This document shows positions 10,994 through 21,546 of a DNA stretch of 64,000 nucleotides, piece by piece. The stretch spans positions 25,473 through 89,472 of the forward strand of contig CAZJKH010000001.1 in assembly GCA_964546735.1 (NCBI GenBank), given 5' to 3'. The translations under genes and the position numbers were made by a program. The stretch comes from an uncultured Methylococcales bacterium (lineage in GTDB: Bacteria > Pseudomonadota > Gammaproteobacteria > Methylococcales > Methylothermaceae). Under the pieces are notes generated by a model, which saw nothing but the letters and a program-made list of their open reading frames with translations, ran no database searches and had not been told where the DNA came from. How positions within the stretch are numbered: position 1 is the stretch's first letter; each line of letters begins with the position of its first letter.

Positions 10994-12184
10994 TCAACGA
11001 TGGTGTATTGACGTAGCGGGAGATTGATCCTTGGGGAGAAAGCGCTCGAGCACAGTATCGAGGAGGTTCCAACCGAAGGCGGTACAGGCGATGCGGTCTG
11101 CTTGCCAGCATAGTAACCCTTCGGTAAACAGAGGTTCTAAGGAAGGTTCGAGGGCGGTAAACGGTAAACCGGTTCGGTGTTCGAACTGGGAAGGGCTAAA
11201 TCCTTCCTTCAAGCGCAGCGCGTTCAGCAAAAATTCTAAGGGTTTGTCGGCGTCTCGGATCACGCGCTTGCCAGCGAGGCGAGCTGAGGTATTTGCCTTT
11301 GCCATGTAGTGGATCGGGTGGCGGACCTTCCAGCTGCGGGAAATCGTTTCTTGCCGCACCTCAGTGAATTTGCCGTGGGCGCCGGCGCCGATGCCTAGAT
11401 AGTCGCCAAACCGCCAATAGTTGAGATTATGCTGACACTGAAATCCAGGCCAGGCGTAGGCGGAGATCTCGTACTGAGCATATCCTGCTGCCTCAAGCAC
11501 TTCCTGGCACGCCTGTTGAATAGTAAAGATCTGGTCTTCCTCAGGTAACTGCGGGGGGTATTTAGCAAATAAAGTGTTCGGTTCCAAGGTCAGCTGGTAG
11601 AAGGAGATATGCGTGGGGTTGAGTTCAACGGCAGTGGTGATATCTGCCAAGGCGTCGTCTAAGGTCTGCTGCGGCAGGCCAAACATCAGGTCTAGGTTGA
11701 TGTTGGCAAACCCTGAAAGCCTTGCTGTCTCCACCGCGGCGATGGCCTCGCGAGCAGTATGAATGCGGCCTAACGCCTTGAGCTTGTCGTCCTGAAACGA
11801 CTGAATCCCAAGCGATAGGCGATTGATGCCTAACGCTCGAAATTCGTGGAATTTGCCGCTTTCCACCGTCCCAGGATGGGCTTCTAGGGTAATCTCGATG
11901 GGCTCGTTCCAAGGGACGAGCTGACGGATGCCGGCCAACAGCCTCGCTAAGCTGTCTGGAGAAAACAAGCTTGGCGTGCCACCGCCTAGAAAGATGCTAT
12001 GCAGCTTTGGCGCCTTAAGCGGCAAAAGATCTTGGGCGAGATCTGTAAGCAGCGCCGCTACATACTCTTGCTCAGGCAAACTGCCCCGCAGCGTGTGGGA
12101 ATTGAAATCGCAGTAGGGGCATTTGCGTACGCACCAGGGAAAGTGGACGTATAGGCTAAGCGGCGGAGTAGTTAAGCGGGACAT
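10994..12184 (-). CDS. hemW: Radical SAM heme chaperone HemW (HemN-like, oxygen-independent coproporphyrinogen oxidase family)
   Basis: CxxxCxxC motif (CVRKCPYCDF), a GGGTPS motif, and a size of 396 aa. Confidence 0.85.
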   Translation of the reverse strand: MSRLTTPPLSLYVHFPWCVRKCPYCDFNSHTLRGSLPEQEYVAALLTDLAQDLLPLKAPKLHSIFLGGGTPSLFSPDSLARLLAGIRQLVPWNEPIEITLEAHPGTVESGKFHEFRALGINRLSLGIQSFQDDKLKALGRIHTAREAIAAVETARLSGFANINLDLMFGLPQQTLDDALADITTAVELNPTHISFYQLTLEPNTLFAKYPPQLPEEDQIFTIQQACQEVLEAAGYAQYEISAYAWPGFQCQHNLNYWRFGDYLGIGAGAHGKFTEVRQETISRSWKVRHPIHYMAKANTSARLAGKRVIRDADKPLEFLLNALRLKEGFSPSQFEHRTGLPFTALEPSLEPLFTEGLLCWQADRIACTAFGWNLLDTVLERFLPKDQSPATSIHHR

Positions 12185-12786
12185 CGAAGTTCCAAGCTTC
12201 GACGTAAATAAAAACGATGAAGTTCCTCGACTTGTCGTTCCAGTTCGGTCAGGCTATCAGCATTGACGATCACATCGTCGGCGGCTTTAAGGCGCTCGGT
12301 GCGTGAAGCCTGGCTGGCAAGGATTTGGCGGATCAAGTCTTCAGGCAGCCCGTCACGCCGTTTGATGCGCTCGATCTGGAGGGTTTCCGGACAATCCACC
12401 ACCAGCACCCGGTGTACCAGGTGCTGGGCGCCGGTTTCTACGAGCAAGGGAATGGCGAGAATGCAATAAGGCGTTTGGCAAAGACCTGCTCTGCGGTGCA
12501 TCTCGGCAAAGATCGGAGGATGAAGGATAGCCTCCAAGGTGTTTCTAGCCTTAGGATCGGAAAAAATCACTCGGCGCAGGGCCGCCCGGTCTAGTTCTCC
12601 GGAAGGCTGAAGGATTGCCGGGCCGAAAGCGCTGACGATTGCTTCCAGAGCAGGGCAACCGGGTCGGACCAATTCGCGGGCGATTGAGTCCGCATCGATC
12701 ACGGCAATCCCGCGTTGCCTAAAGAGGCAAGCCACGGTGCTTTTACCGCTGCCGATGCCGCCGGTCAGTCCAATGGTCAGTCTCAT
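12172..12786 (-). CDS. coaE: Dephospho-CoA kinase
   Basis: P-loop GLTGGIGSGKST, 204 aa, directly downstream of pilD as in Pseudomonas. Confidence 0.85.
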   Translation of the reverse strand: MRLTIGLTGGIGSGKSTVACLFRQRGIAVIDADSIARELVRPGCPALEAIVSAFGPAILQPSGELDRAALRRVIFSDPKARNTLEAILHPPIFAEMHRRAGLCQTPYCILAIPLLVETGAQHLVHRVLVVDCPETLQIERIKRRDGLPEDLIRQILASQASRTERLKAADDVIVNADSLTELERQVEELHRFYLRRSLELRCPA

Positions 12787-12807
12787 GGAAAGAAAAAGTA
12801 CAGCCGT

Positions 12808-13671
12808 TTAGCCAATCCCGCTGAGTTGCAAGTAGAGCCGGTTCAGATCCTTGCCCCATAACAGCGCGATCCAGCAAGCAAGGGCAAGGTAGGGTCCAAA
12901 CGGCAGCGGGATATTCTTGTCCCGGCCAAAGACTAAAGTCAAACTCAGTCCAACGATTGCCCCTGCCAAGGAAGCAAGGAGAATGATCAACGGCAGCATC
13001 TGCCATCCCAGCCAAGCCCCTGCGGCTGCAAGCAGTTTAAAGTCGCCGTACCCCATCCCCTCTTTAGCGGTAGCGAGCCGAAACAGCTGATAAACCCCCC
13101 ACAAAACCGCATACCCACAAACTGCCCCAAGGATCGCTGCAGGGGGGTCGGTAAACACGCCCAACAGGCTAAGGAGTAACCCCACCCATAGGAGAGGCAA
13201 GGTAATCGTATCGGGTAAAAGCTGATGGTCGAGATCGATAAAGCTCAAAGCGATCAGATGCCAGGTCAGCACCAGCCCCCATAAGGTCTGCGTGCTCAAG
13301 CCGAACCTAAGCGCTACGATCATCGACAGAATCGCTGTCAGCCCTTCCACTAACGGATAGCGGGGGGAAATTCGGCTACCGCAGCTGGCGCAGCGCCCTT
13401 TGAGCAGTAAGTAGCTTAAGATCGGGATATTCTCAAAGGCGCGGATTCGGTGGCCGCAACTGGAACAGGTAGACGGAGGATATACAAGATCCAACCGTTC
13501 CTTCGCTGGTTCCGGCGGCAGACCCAGCACTTCCAGGCAGTCCCGCCGCCATCTTCGCGCCAGCATTTGCGGTAAGCGGTAGATGACGACGTTGAGGAAG
13601 CTGCCGACTAATAAGCCGAGGATCCCAACGCTGGCGAGAAAGAGCGCTTGATCTGACGCGGCAAAGGCCAT
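12808..13671 (-). CDS. pilD: Prepilin peptidase / N-methyltransferase (A24 family)
   Basis: Cys-rich zinc-binding region (CSSCGH...CASCG), multiple TM helices, and the GMGYGDFKL catalytic Asp motif. Confidence 0.9.
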   Translation of the reverse strand: MAFAASDQALFLASVGILGLLVGSFLNVVIYRLPQMLARRWRRDCLEVLGLPPEPAKERLDLVYPPSTCSSCGHRIRAFENIPILSYLLLKGRCASCGSRISPRYPLVEGLTAILSMIVALRFGLSTQTLWGLVLTWHLIALSFIDLDHQLLPDTITLPLLWVGLLLSLLGVFTDPPAAILGAVCGYAVLWGVYQLFRLATAKEGMGYGDFKLLAAAGAWLGWQMLPLIILLASLAGAIVGLSLTLVFGRDKNIPLPFGPYLALACWIALLWGKDLNRLYLQLSGIG

Positions 13672-14897
13672 CAGACGACTGCACCGAGTTTGAAGATCGG
13701 CAGGTACATGGCGATGACCAGCCCTCCCACTACGATTCCCAGGAACGCCATGATTGCAGGTTCCATCAAGCTGCTTAGGGCATCTACCGCGTTGTCTACT
13801 TCTTCTTCATAGAAATCGGCAACCTTAGCCAACATGCTGTCGATTGAGCCGGACTCTTCTCCGATGGCGACCATCTGGATCACCATGTTGGGGAACAATC
13901 CGGTCTGGCGCATCGCTAGCTGGAGCTGCTGACCGGTGGCTACCTGCTCGCGCATGGTTAAAATCGCCTCTGCATAGACTGCATTGCCGGAGGCGCCGGC
14001 GACCGAGCTTAAGGCTTCTACCAGAGGAACCCCAGCGGCGGACATGGTAGACAGGGTTCGGGCAAAGCGGGCGATGGCGGATTTATGCAGGATTTGCGGG
14101 CCGATGATAGGAAGTTTCAAAAACATGCGGTCGAGAAAATGGTTAAAAGCTTTAGAGCGTTTCTTAAAATAGATAAAACCGTACCCTGCGGCGGCAAGGG
14201 CGCCTAAAAGATAATACCAACTTTGCTGCATGAATCGAGATAACTCGATGACCAGTTGGGTGAAGGCTGGGAGATCGGCGCCGAAACTTTTGAACAGCTC
14301 CTCAAATTGAGGGACCACGAAGATGAGCAGGATGGCCGTGACGATACAAGCGACGACCACCACTGCGGCAGGATAGAACAAAGCCTTTTTGACTTTACCC
14401 TTTAAGGATTCAATTTTTTCTTTGTAAGTTGCGATCTTGTCGAGCAGGGCTTCCAGCACGCCCGCTTGCTCGCCTGCATGCACTAAGTTGCAGAACAGCT
14501 CGTCGAAATACAAAGGGTGTTTGCGCAGCGCTTCAGTCAAAGTGCTGCCTGATTCGATATCTTCTTTGATCGTCAGGAGAAGCTTCTGCATACTGGGGTT
14601 TTCATGGCCGCGGCCGACGATGTCAAACGCCTGCACTAGTGGCACGCCTGCAGCTAGCATGGTGGCGAGCTGGCGGCTGAATACTGCGATGTCCTTGGGG
14701 GTGATTTTCCTAGCGCGCGTCAATAGGGGTTTAGGTTTTTTCTTGACTTTGATCGGTTTGATCCCTTGCTGGCGCAGCTGAGCTTTGACTAAGGTTTCGC
14801 TGCGCCCGATTTGTTCGCCTTTGACGCGCTTGCCGCTTTGGTCGATGCCTTCCCAAATAAACAAGCTCGATTCGTTTTTTTCCGCTTTCGCTGCCAT
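13671..14897 (-). CDS. pilC: Type IV pilus inner-membrane platform protein
   Basis: 408 aa with duplicated GspF/T2SSF domains and a conserved C-terminus (MEP..MAFLG...G.L..AMYLPIF). Confidence 0.9.
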   Translation of the reverse strand: MAAKAEKNESSLFIWEGIDQSGKRVKGEQIGRSETLVKAQLRQQGIKPIKVKKKPKPLLTRARKITPKDIAVFSRQLATMLAAGVPLVQAFDIVGRGHENPSMQKLLLTIKEDIESGSTLTEALRKHPLYFDELFCNLVHAGEQAGVLEALLDKIATYKEKIESLKGKVKKALFYPAAVVVVACIVTAILLIFVVPQFEELFKSFGADLPAFTQLVIELSRFMQQSWYYLLGALAAAGYGFIYFKKRSKAFNHFLDRMFLKLPIIGPQILHKSAIARFARTLSTMSAAGVPLVEALSSVAGASGNAVYAEAILTMREQVATGQQLQLAMRQTGLFPNMVIQMVAIGEESGSIDSMLAKVADFYEEEVDNAVDALSSLMEPAIMAFLGIVVGGLVIAMYLPIFKLGAVV

Positions 14898-14902
14898 AGG
14901 AG

Positions 14903-16624
14903 TTATTCCTGGGTGACTCGGTCGATTTCTTCAATGCTGGTTATGCCTTGCCGAACTTTGTTTAGGCCCGATTCTCTCAGGTCGCTGATGCCTTCTGCTT
15001 TAGCCTGCTTGGCGATCGCCACCGCTGAGCCGCCTTCTAAGATCAGGCGGTTGATCGCTTCAGAGATAGGCATCACTTGATAAATTCCTACCCGGCCTCG
15101 ATAGCCTTTGGTGCAATGCTCACAGCCTTCTGGATTGGCGGTGAACAGGCAAAGCTTGTCGAGTTCTTCCGCGCGAAAACCTGCCTTGAGCAGGAGCTCG
15201 GATGGATAATCGGCTTCTCTTTTGCAATATTCGCACAGGCGCCTGGCCAGCCGCTGGGCCAGGATTAAAAGCACCGAGGAAGCGATGTTGAACGGCGGAA
15301 TCCCCATTTGAGCGAGCCGGTTTAGCGTCTGGGGGGCGTCGTTGGTGTGGAGCGTGGACAGCACCAGGTGGCCGGTTTGGGCGGCTTTAACCGCGATTTC
15401 AGCGGTTTCCAGGTCGCGGATCTCCCCCACCATGATGATGTCTGGATCTTGCCTTAAGAAGGCGCGCAGGGCGCTGGCGAAAGTCAGGCCAGCTTTGGGA
15501 TTGACGTTCACCTGATTGATGCCGGGCACGGTGATCTCGACTGGGTCTTCGGCGGTGGAGATGTTTTTGTCTGGCGTATTGAGGAGGTTGAGCGCCGTGT
15601 ATAAAGTCACGGTTTTGCCGCTACCGGTGGGGCCGGTCACCAAAATCATGCCGTAGGGCTTGTGGATCGCGTTCAAAAACCGTTCTTTCTGCTCCGGTTC
15701 AAATCCCAGCTTGTCGATACCGATTTGGGCGCTGGTTGGGTCGAGCAGGCGCAAAACGGCCTTTTCGCCAAACAGAGTAGGACAGGTACTGACGCGGAAA
15801 TTGATAGCTTTGTTGGGCGACAGTAGCATTTTGATGCGGCCGTCCTGAGGGACCCTCCGTTCGGCAATGTCTAGCTTGGCCATAACCTTGATCCGGGAAA
15901 TGATGCGCGTGGCAAGGCTTGGAGGAGGGGAGGTGATCTCGTGCAATAGGCCATCGATCCGAAAACGGATGCGAAAGCTCTTTTCATAGGGTTCAAAGTG
16001 AATGTCGGAGGCACCTTTTTTGATCGAGTCTAACAGAATTTTATTGACGAACCGAACGATAGGGGCGTCTTCCACCTCCGATTCGGTAACCGCTGGACCC
16101 TGATCTTCATCGGTGCTGGTGGATTTTAGATTTTCCAGGTTTTCATCCAAGAGCGCTTGAATGCTGCTGTCGGCAGCTTCTAGCGCGGCATCGATAGCTT
16201 TGGCGAGCTTGGTTTCTTCGACTAAGATAATTTCTGTCGCCAGTCCAGTGTGGAACCTAATCTCGTCTAGCGCTTGCAGGTTGGTAGGGTCAGAAACTGC
16301 TAGGAATAAGCGATTGCCGCGTTGATATAAAGGGAGGATATGATGTTTCTGGATTAGCTTGTCGCTGACTAGTTTGACCGGCAAAAGCCCTATATCCATC
16401 GCGTCGAGATCAAATAATGGGATGCCTAACTGGCGCGAGGCTGCCTCTGCGATGGCAAGGCTATTTAATATTTTGTTGGTGACCAAGAAAGAGACCAGAG
16501 AGGTTTTCTGCTGGTGTGCTTGTGCCTGATAGTGAGCGGCGTCCTGTTCTGCCAATAAACCGGCGTCCACTAGGCAACGGGCCAGGCCACTGAGTTTAAG
16601 TAGGCTTGCGGTCGAGGTTGCCAT
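14903..16624 (-). CDS. pilB: Type IV pilus assembly ATPase
   Basis: 573 aa with an N-terminal MshEN/GSPII domain, Walker A (GPTGSGKT), Asp/His boxes and a tetracysteine motif (CEYC...CEHC). Confidence 0.9.
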   Translation of the reverse strand: MATSTASLLKLSGLARCLVDAGLLAEQDAAHYQAQAHQQKTSLVSFLVTNKILNSLAIAEAASRQLGIPLFDLDAMDIGLLPVKLVSDKLIQKHHILPLYQRGNRLFLAVSDPTNLQALDEIRFHTGLATEIILVEETKLAKAIDAALEAADSSIQALLDENLENLKSTSTDEDQGPAVTESEVEDAPIVRFVNKILLDSIKKGASDIHFEPYEKSFRIRFRIDGLLHEITSPPPSLATRIISRIKVMAKLDIAERRVPQDGRIKMLLSPNKAINFRVSTCPTLFGEKAVLRLLDPTSAQIGIDKLGFEPEQKERFLNAIHKPYGMILVTGPTGSGKTVTLYTALNLLNTPDKNISTAEDPVEITVPGINQVNVNPKAGLTFASALRAFLRQDPDIIMVGEIRDLETAEIAVKAAQTGHLVLSTLHTNDAPQTLNRLAQMGIPPFNIASSVLLILAQRLARRLCEYCKREADYPSELLLKAGFRAEELDKLCLFTANPEGCEHCTKGYRGRVGIYQVMPISEAINRLILEGGSAVAIAKQAKAEGISDLRESGLNKVRQGITSIEEIDRVTQE

Positions 16625-16718
16625 GCGTTTTGTGTTCTAGGTATGGATATGTCAGGATGTGTTCGGTGTTTTTAAATATAGTTGATAGAGTGGTTTTGTC
16701 TATTGGTCAGGTAGATTC

Positions 16719-17489
16719 ATGCGGGTAATTACCCTCAACGTGAACGGGATTCGATCGGCAGCAAGCAAGGGGCTGTTCGCTTGGCTTGCGGTTCAGAACG
16801 CGGATGTGGTTTGTTTGCAGGAGATCAAGGCGCAGATAGAACAGCTGCAAGATCAGGTGTTTTGGCCGCAAGGCTATCATTGTTATTACTTGACTGCCGA
16901 GCATAAAGGCTATGGCGGCGTTGCCTTGTACGCGCGTCGAGAGCCAGATGAGGTAAAAAAAAGCTTTGGTTGGCCGGAGTCAGACCTAGAAGGTAGGTAT
17001 TTAGAGGGACGCTTTGGCAAGTTGAGCGTGGCCTCAGTGTATGTACCTTCGGGGACATCTGGGGAAGTACGGCAACAGTTTAAATTCGAATTTTTAGAGC
17101 GTTTCTTTCAGTTTCTGCGCAATTGTCGTCAAACTGGGGGAGATTATATTTTTTGTGGGGATTTCAACATCGCCCACAAGAAGATTGATCTTAAAAACTG
17201 GCGTGCCAATCAACATCGATCTGGGTTTTTGCCTGAAGAACGGGCGTGGATGGACAAGCTGCTCGAAGAAGGGTGGGTAGATGCGTTCCGCGTGCTCAAT
17301 CAAGAACCGGACCAATACACCTGGTGGTCCAATCGAGGGCGGGCGTGGGAAAAAAACGTCGGTTGGCGGATCGATTATCAAATCATTTCACCTTCTTTGA
17401 AAGACTGTGTTGTGCGCGTAGAAATCTACCGGGGAGAGCGTTTTTCCGATCATGCACCTTTGATCGTCGATTATGCGTATCCCTTTTAA
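16719..17489 (+). CDS. xthA: Exodeoxyribonuclease III
   Basis: 256 aa of the EEP fold: LNVNGIR, CLQE, GDFNIAH, WRIDY, SDHAP. Confidence 0.9.
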   Translation: MRVITLNVNGIRSAASKGLFAWLAVQNADVVCLQEIKAQIEQLQDQVFWPQGYHCYYLTAEHKGYGGVALYARREPDEVKKSFGWPESDLEGRYLEGRFGKLSVASVYVPSGTSGEVRQQFKFEFLERFFQFLRNCRQTGGDYIFCGDFNIAHKKIDLKNWRANQHRSGFLPEERAWMDKLLEEGWVDAFRVLNQEPDQYTWWSNRGRAWEKNVGWRIDYQIISPSLKDCVVRVEIYRGERFSDHAPLIVDYAYPF

Positions 17490-18726
17490 ACCCTACTGGT
17501 TGCGATCGCTAGTTAGCCACAACTTAGTCGTGGCATTTGCCATGGGTTTCTACAGCGGCTTGCCGTTGCTTTTGACTGGGTCGGTGCTGCAGGCATGGAT
17601 GCGGGAAGAAGGCGTTGATCTGACCACCATTGGCTGGTTTGCTTTGGTGGGATTACCTTATACCGGTAAGTTTCTATGGGCGCCTGTGTTTGATCGCTTT
17701 GCCTTACCGGGTGGGCGGCGCCGGGGGTGGCTGATCTGGATGCAGCTTGGGCTTGCGGTGAGCTTGGGTGGCCTTGGGTTTGCAAAACCTTCCGAACCGA
17801 TTTGGGTCGCGCTGATCGCGTTTTTAGTGAGCTTTTTATCGGCTAGCCAAGACATCCTCATCGATGCGTATCGGCGCGAATCGCTGACCGATTTGGAGCA
17901 AGGTTTAGGTGCCTCCTTTTATGTCAACGGCTATCGATTGGGGATGCTGTTGACTTCTGGAGGTGGGTTGATCCTGGCCGATTATTGGGGGTTTCAGAAG
18001 ATCTATTGGTTGAGTGGCGCGCTGGCGGCCTCAGGGGTCTTGGTGACCTTATGGGCTAGGGAGCCTAAAGTCGACAACCGTTTGTCCCAAACAAAGATGG
18101 TGCTCGAGCCGTTTTTGGAGTTTTTTCGGCGCCAGGACGCATGGCTGATCCTTTTGTTTATCTTCTTATACAAGCTTGGCGATACGATGGCCAGTCATAT
18201 GAGCGTGCCGTTTTATTTAGATCTCGGTTTCAGTAAGACGGAAATCGGAGCGGTAGTCAAGTTGTTCGGCTTTTGGGCGACGGTGTTAGGAGGACTGGTT
18301 GGGGGAGTGTTGATCCTGCGCTTGGGAATCTACACGGCATTGTGGCTGTTTGGCATTCTCCAAGCGGCTTCAACAGCTGGGTTTGCATGGCTGGCCTGCA
18401 TTGGGCCAAAGCTGTGGGGATTGATCGGAGTCATTAGCTTTGAGAATCTATCAGCAGGGATGGGGGCAGCGGCTTTTATGGCTTTCATGGCTACCCAGAC
18501 TGACCGGCGCTTTACTGCCACCCAATATGCTTTATTTTCCAGCCTAATGGGTGTACCGCGCGTGCTGGTCGCTGCCCCCACGGGTTGGATCGCGCAGCAA
18601 TTGGGTTGGGTAGGGTTTTTTGTGCTGTGCACCGCAGCAGCGCTGCCTGGGCTTGTATTGTTAATCCGTTTTCGGCGCTGGCTGGAGGGCCCCTTGCCCG
18701 GAGTTAGGCAAGGGGTGATCGGTTAG
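17473..18726 (+). CDS. ampG: AmpG-family muropeptide MFS permease
   Basis: 417 aa with ~12 TM helices and AmpG-like motifs (GLPYTGKFLWAPVFDR, ASQDILIDAYRRE). Confidence 0.8.
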   Translation: MRIPFKPYWLRSLVSHNLVVAFAMGFYSGLPLLLTGSVLQAWMREEGVDLTTIGWFALVGLPYTGKFLWAPVFDRFALPGGRRRGWLIWMQLGLAVSLGGLGFAKPSEPIWVALIAFLVSFLSASQDILIDAYRRESLTDLEQGLGASFYVNGYRLGMLLTSGGGLILADYWGFQKIYWLSGALAASGVLVTLWAREPKVDNRLSQTKMVLEPFLEFFRRQDAWLILLFIFLYKLGDTMASHMSVPFYLDLGFSKTEIGAVVKLFGFWATVLGGLVGGVLILRLGIYTALWLFGILQAASTAGFAWLACIGPKLWGLIGVISFENLSAGMGAAAFMAFMATQTDRRFTATQYALFSSLMGVPRVLVAAPTGWIAQQLGWVGFFVLCTAAALPGLVLLIRFRRWLEGPLPGVRQGVIG

Positions 18727-18729
18727 AGT

Positions 18730-20094
18730 TTAAGTGTTCAGCCAAAGGTGAACGAAAATACTGACGAAATATCCTGCCACGATGGCAGGGGTCCAGCGCA
18801 GGTGGGAAAAGAAAGTGTATTTGCCTTTGGAGACTCCCATCAGGGCCACGCCAGCGGCAGAGCCGATGGATAGCATCGAACCTCCTACACCAGTGGTCAA
18901 GGTGACTAGCAGCCATTGATACAGCGGCATGTTCGGGTCCATCTCGATGACGGCGAACATCACCGGGATGTTGTCGACCACGGCGGACAGAATTCCGATC
19001 AGTACGTTGGCGGTGGTAGCGCCTAAGTCTCCGTACAGCCACTCGGCAGTGACTTGTAGATAGCCGATGTAGGCAAGCCCGGCCACGCAGAAAATCACGC
19101 CGAAAAAGAACATCAAAGTATCCCACTCGGCGTCGCGTACCATCTCGAAAATGTCAAAGCGTTGATCGCTGGGAAGGTCGTGCTCCTGGTGTTTGATCCA
19201 AAAGACGTAAACCGCCAGGATTCCCCAGCCGAGCATCATGCCCATGAACGGCGGCAAGCTTAAAAACTGCTTGAGGCCTACCGCTAAGGCGATAGTCAGG
19301 CCAAACAGCGCGCAGATAGGATAGGCCCCGATTTTTAGGGGCACTAAGCCGTCTTCGCTTTGCTCGGGTTGCTGGTCAGGAATAGCAAAATGCATCACCG
19401 CTGCCGGCACGACGAAGTTGACGACAGATGGAATGAACAGCTCAAAGAACTCAAAAAAGCTCGCTTTTTCTGCCTGCCAGACCATCAAGGTGGTAATGTC
19501 GCCAAACGGGCTGAATGCCCCGCCGGCGTTGGCGGCCACTACCAGGTTGGTTAACCCTAACGCGATAAAGCGGGGGTTGTCTTTGCCCACGGCTAGAACT
19601 ACCGTTCCGATCAATAGGGCGGTGGTCAGGTTATCGGCTACCGCCGACAGGAAAAAAGCGATGATTCCGGTGATCCAGAACAGCTTGCGGTAGCTGAAAT
19701 TCCGGCTGATGAGCCAAGAGCGCAGGCGTTCGAAGACGTTGCGGTTGGCCATCGCGTTGATGTAGGTCATGGCGACCAGCAAAAACAGCATTAACTGGCC
19801 GTATTCGTTGACGTTGCCGGCAATCACGCGCTGTAGCTCGTCCGCCGATACCCCTTGACGGCTGGCCATATAAGCGATTTCTGCCCAAATGATGATCGCG
19901 GCGATGATAACTGGCTTGGATTTTTTAAGCTCGATGAATTCTTCTGCCATCACCAGGATATAGGCGATGATGAAGATCAACACGCAGTAAATACCGCGTT
20001 CAGTGGCGACCAATCCCAGCACTTCGAATTCAGAGGCGGCCGCGATCGAGGGCAGCGCCAACGAAACAAGAAGAGCGAGTATAAACCTGAACAA
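18730..20094 (-). CDS. nhaD: NhaD-type Na+/H+ antiporter (ArsB/NhaD permease superfamily)
   Basis: 454 aa, polytopic, with a signal-like N-terminus and repeated ..DN..T/..DNIP motifs (SAVADNLTTALL, SAVVDNIPVM) as in NhaD proteins. Confidence 0.7.
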   Translation of the reverse strand: MFRFILALLVSLALPSIAAASEFEVLGLVATERGIYCVLIFIIAYILVMAEEFIELKKSKPVIIAAIIIWAEIAYMASRQGVSADELQRVIAGNVNEYGQLMLFLLVAMTYINAMANRNVFERLRSWLISRNFSYRKLFWITGIIAFFLSAVADNLTTALLIGTVVLAVGKDNPRFIALGLTNLVVAANAGGAFSPFGDITTLMVWQAEKASFFEFFELFIPSVVNFVVPAAVMHFAIPDQQPEQSEDGLVPLKIGAYPICALFGLTIALAVGLKQFLSLPPFMGMMLGWGILAVYVFWIKHQEHDLPSDQRFDIFEMVRDAEWDTLMFFFGVIFCVAGLAYIGYLQVTAEWLYGDLGATTANVLIGILSAVVDNIPVMFAVIEMDPNMPLYQWLLVTLTTGVGGSMLSIGSAAGVALMGVSKGKYTFFSHLRWTPAIVAGYFVSIFVHLWLNT

Positions 20095-20229
20095 GAGACC
20101 TCCCTTTAATTCCCGATTGTTATTAAACGATCAGAAAACAGACGATCGTATATGATAGGCAATTTAAGGAGAAATAGGGGAGAATTTTTGCGACTCGATG
20201 CATTGACGTTTACCTTACTTTGAAGTTGT

Positions 20230-21546
20230 CTAGGTCTGCTTTTGTTTGAGAATATCGATCGCTTTAAGAACATTTAAGGCTTCATGCAGATAGTAATCTT
20301 GCAATAGATTCTCTTCTTCTTTTTCCCGACTGCCATCTGTTTTCGCATCCTGCGGCTTAGCTTTCTTGTTTCCGTTTTCCAAGTGGCGGGACAGATCAGC
20401 TTCGGTCAGAGGCTTAAACTCGTCGGCTTCGCTGATCTTCTCTAAGCGTACCATCCCCAGCGTGATGTCGGGGACGATGCCTTCTGCCTGAATCGAGCGC
20501 CCTGACGGAGTGTAGTAACGGGCAGTGGTCAATTTAACTCCTCCGCCGTTACTCAAAGGCAGGATCGTCTGCACCGAACCTTTGCCGAAGGTTTTTTGCC
20601 CCAGGAGGATGGCGCGCTTGTGGTCCTGCAAAGCACCGGCGACGATTTCCGCTGCTGAGGCAGAACCGGCGTTGATCAGCACTGCCATCGGCACACCTTC
20701 AAGAATATCGCCAGGGGTAGCCTCGAATTTCATTTTCGACTCCTCGATCCGGCCATCGGTATAGACGATCAGACCCTGCTCTAGGAAGGCATCGCTGACT
20801 GCCACCGCGGCATTTAGGACACCGCCTGGGTTGTTGCGCAGATCCAAGATGACGCCTTTGAGCGGACCTTCCTCTTTCAATTTGGCCACCGCTTTGCGCA
20901 ACTGCTCCCCGGTACCAGACTGGAAGCTGGTGATGCGCAGATAACCATAGCCTGGCTCTAGGAGCTGGTGCTTGACGCTCTTGACTTTGATGACCGCGCG
21001 GGTGAGCGTGATTTTGAGCGGTTTATCTAACCCCTCGCGGACGATGGTCAGGGTGATTTTAGTGCCAGGTTCGCCGCGCATGATTTTGACTGCTTCTTCC
21101 AGCGACATACCTTTGACCGGCTTGTCGTCTAGCCGGATGATGAGATCCCCTGGCTTGATCCCCGCTTGTTGCGCTGGGGTATCGTCGATCGGCGCGATGA
21201 CTTTGATAAAGCCATTTTCTATCCCTACCTCAATGCCCAAGCCGCCGAATTGACCGGTCGTGCCAATGCGCAATTCCTTGAGTTCCTCAGGCGTGAGGTA
21301 AGAGGAGTGAGGATCGAGCCCAGACAGCATCCCGCGGATAGCATTTTCCAGCAGGGTTTTGTCGGTGACCGGTTCGACATAGTCTTCTTGAATGCGCCCG
21401 AAGACCTCAGTGAAGGTGCGCAGTTCAGTGAACGGGATCGTGTCAGTCCCTTTGCTTGAGCGTTCGGCCAGGACGCTACCGCAAGTACCGAGCAAAATCC
21501 CAAGCAGGGCGCCTAGCGTAAGCAGCAATAGGTTCGTGGTACGCAT
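20230..21546 (-). CDS. ctpA: Carboxy-terminal processing protease (S41 family) with a PDZ domain
   Basis: 438 aa with an N-terminal anchor, a PDZ domain (GIKPGDLIIRLD), the catalytic region GSASAAEI and ...KGSVQT. Confidence 0.85.
   Translation of the reverse strand: MRTTNLLLLTLGALLGILLGTCGSVLAERSSKGTDTIPFTELRTFTEVFGRIQEDYVEPVTDKTLLENAIRGMLSGLDPHSSYLTPEELKELRIGTTGQFGGLGIEVGIENGFIKVIAPIDDTPAQQAGIKPGDLIIRLDDKPVKGMSLEEAVKIMRGEPGTKITLTIVREGLDKPLKITLTRAVIKVKSVKHQLLEPGYGYLRITSFQSGTGEQLRKAVAKLKEEGPLKGVILDLRNNPGGVLNAAVAVSDAFLEQGLIVYTDGRIEESKMKFEATPGDILEGVPMAVLINAGSASAAEIVAGALQDHKRAILLGQKTFGKGSVQTILPLSNGGGVKLTTARYYTPSGRSIQAEGIVPDITLGMVRLEKISEADEFKPLTEADLSRHLENGNKKAKPQDAKTDGSREKEEENLLQDYYLHEALNVLKAIDILKQKQT

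Noticed and set aside
10986-11111. N-terminal extensions in the ORF track for pyrE (also moeA to 26152, phoU from 36498, rnhB from 40540, atpF from 49891, mptN from 61911 and the CitG-like gene from 62720)
   Set aside because: The extensions overlap the preceding gene, are unlike the families' N-termini, and have internal starts that give canonical N-termini, often with ATGA or TGATG coupling. I trimmed the coordinates accordingly.
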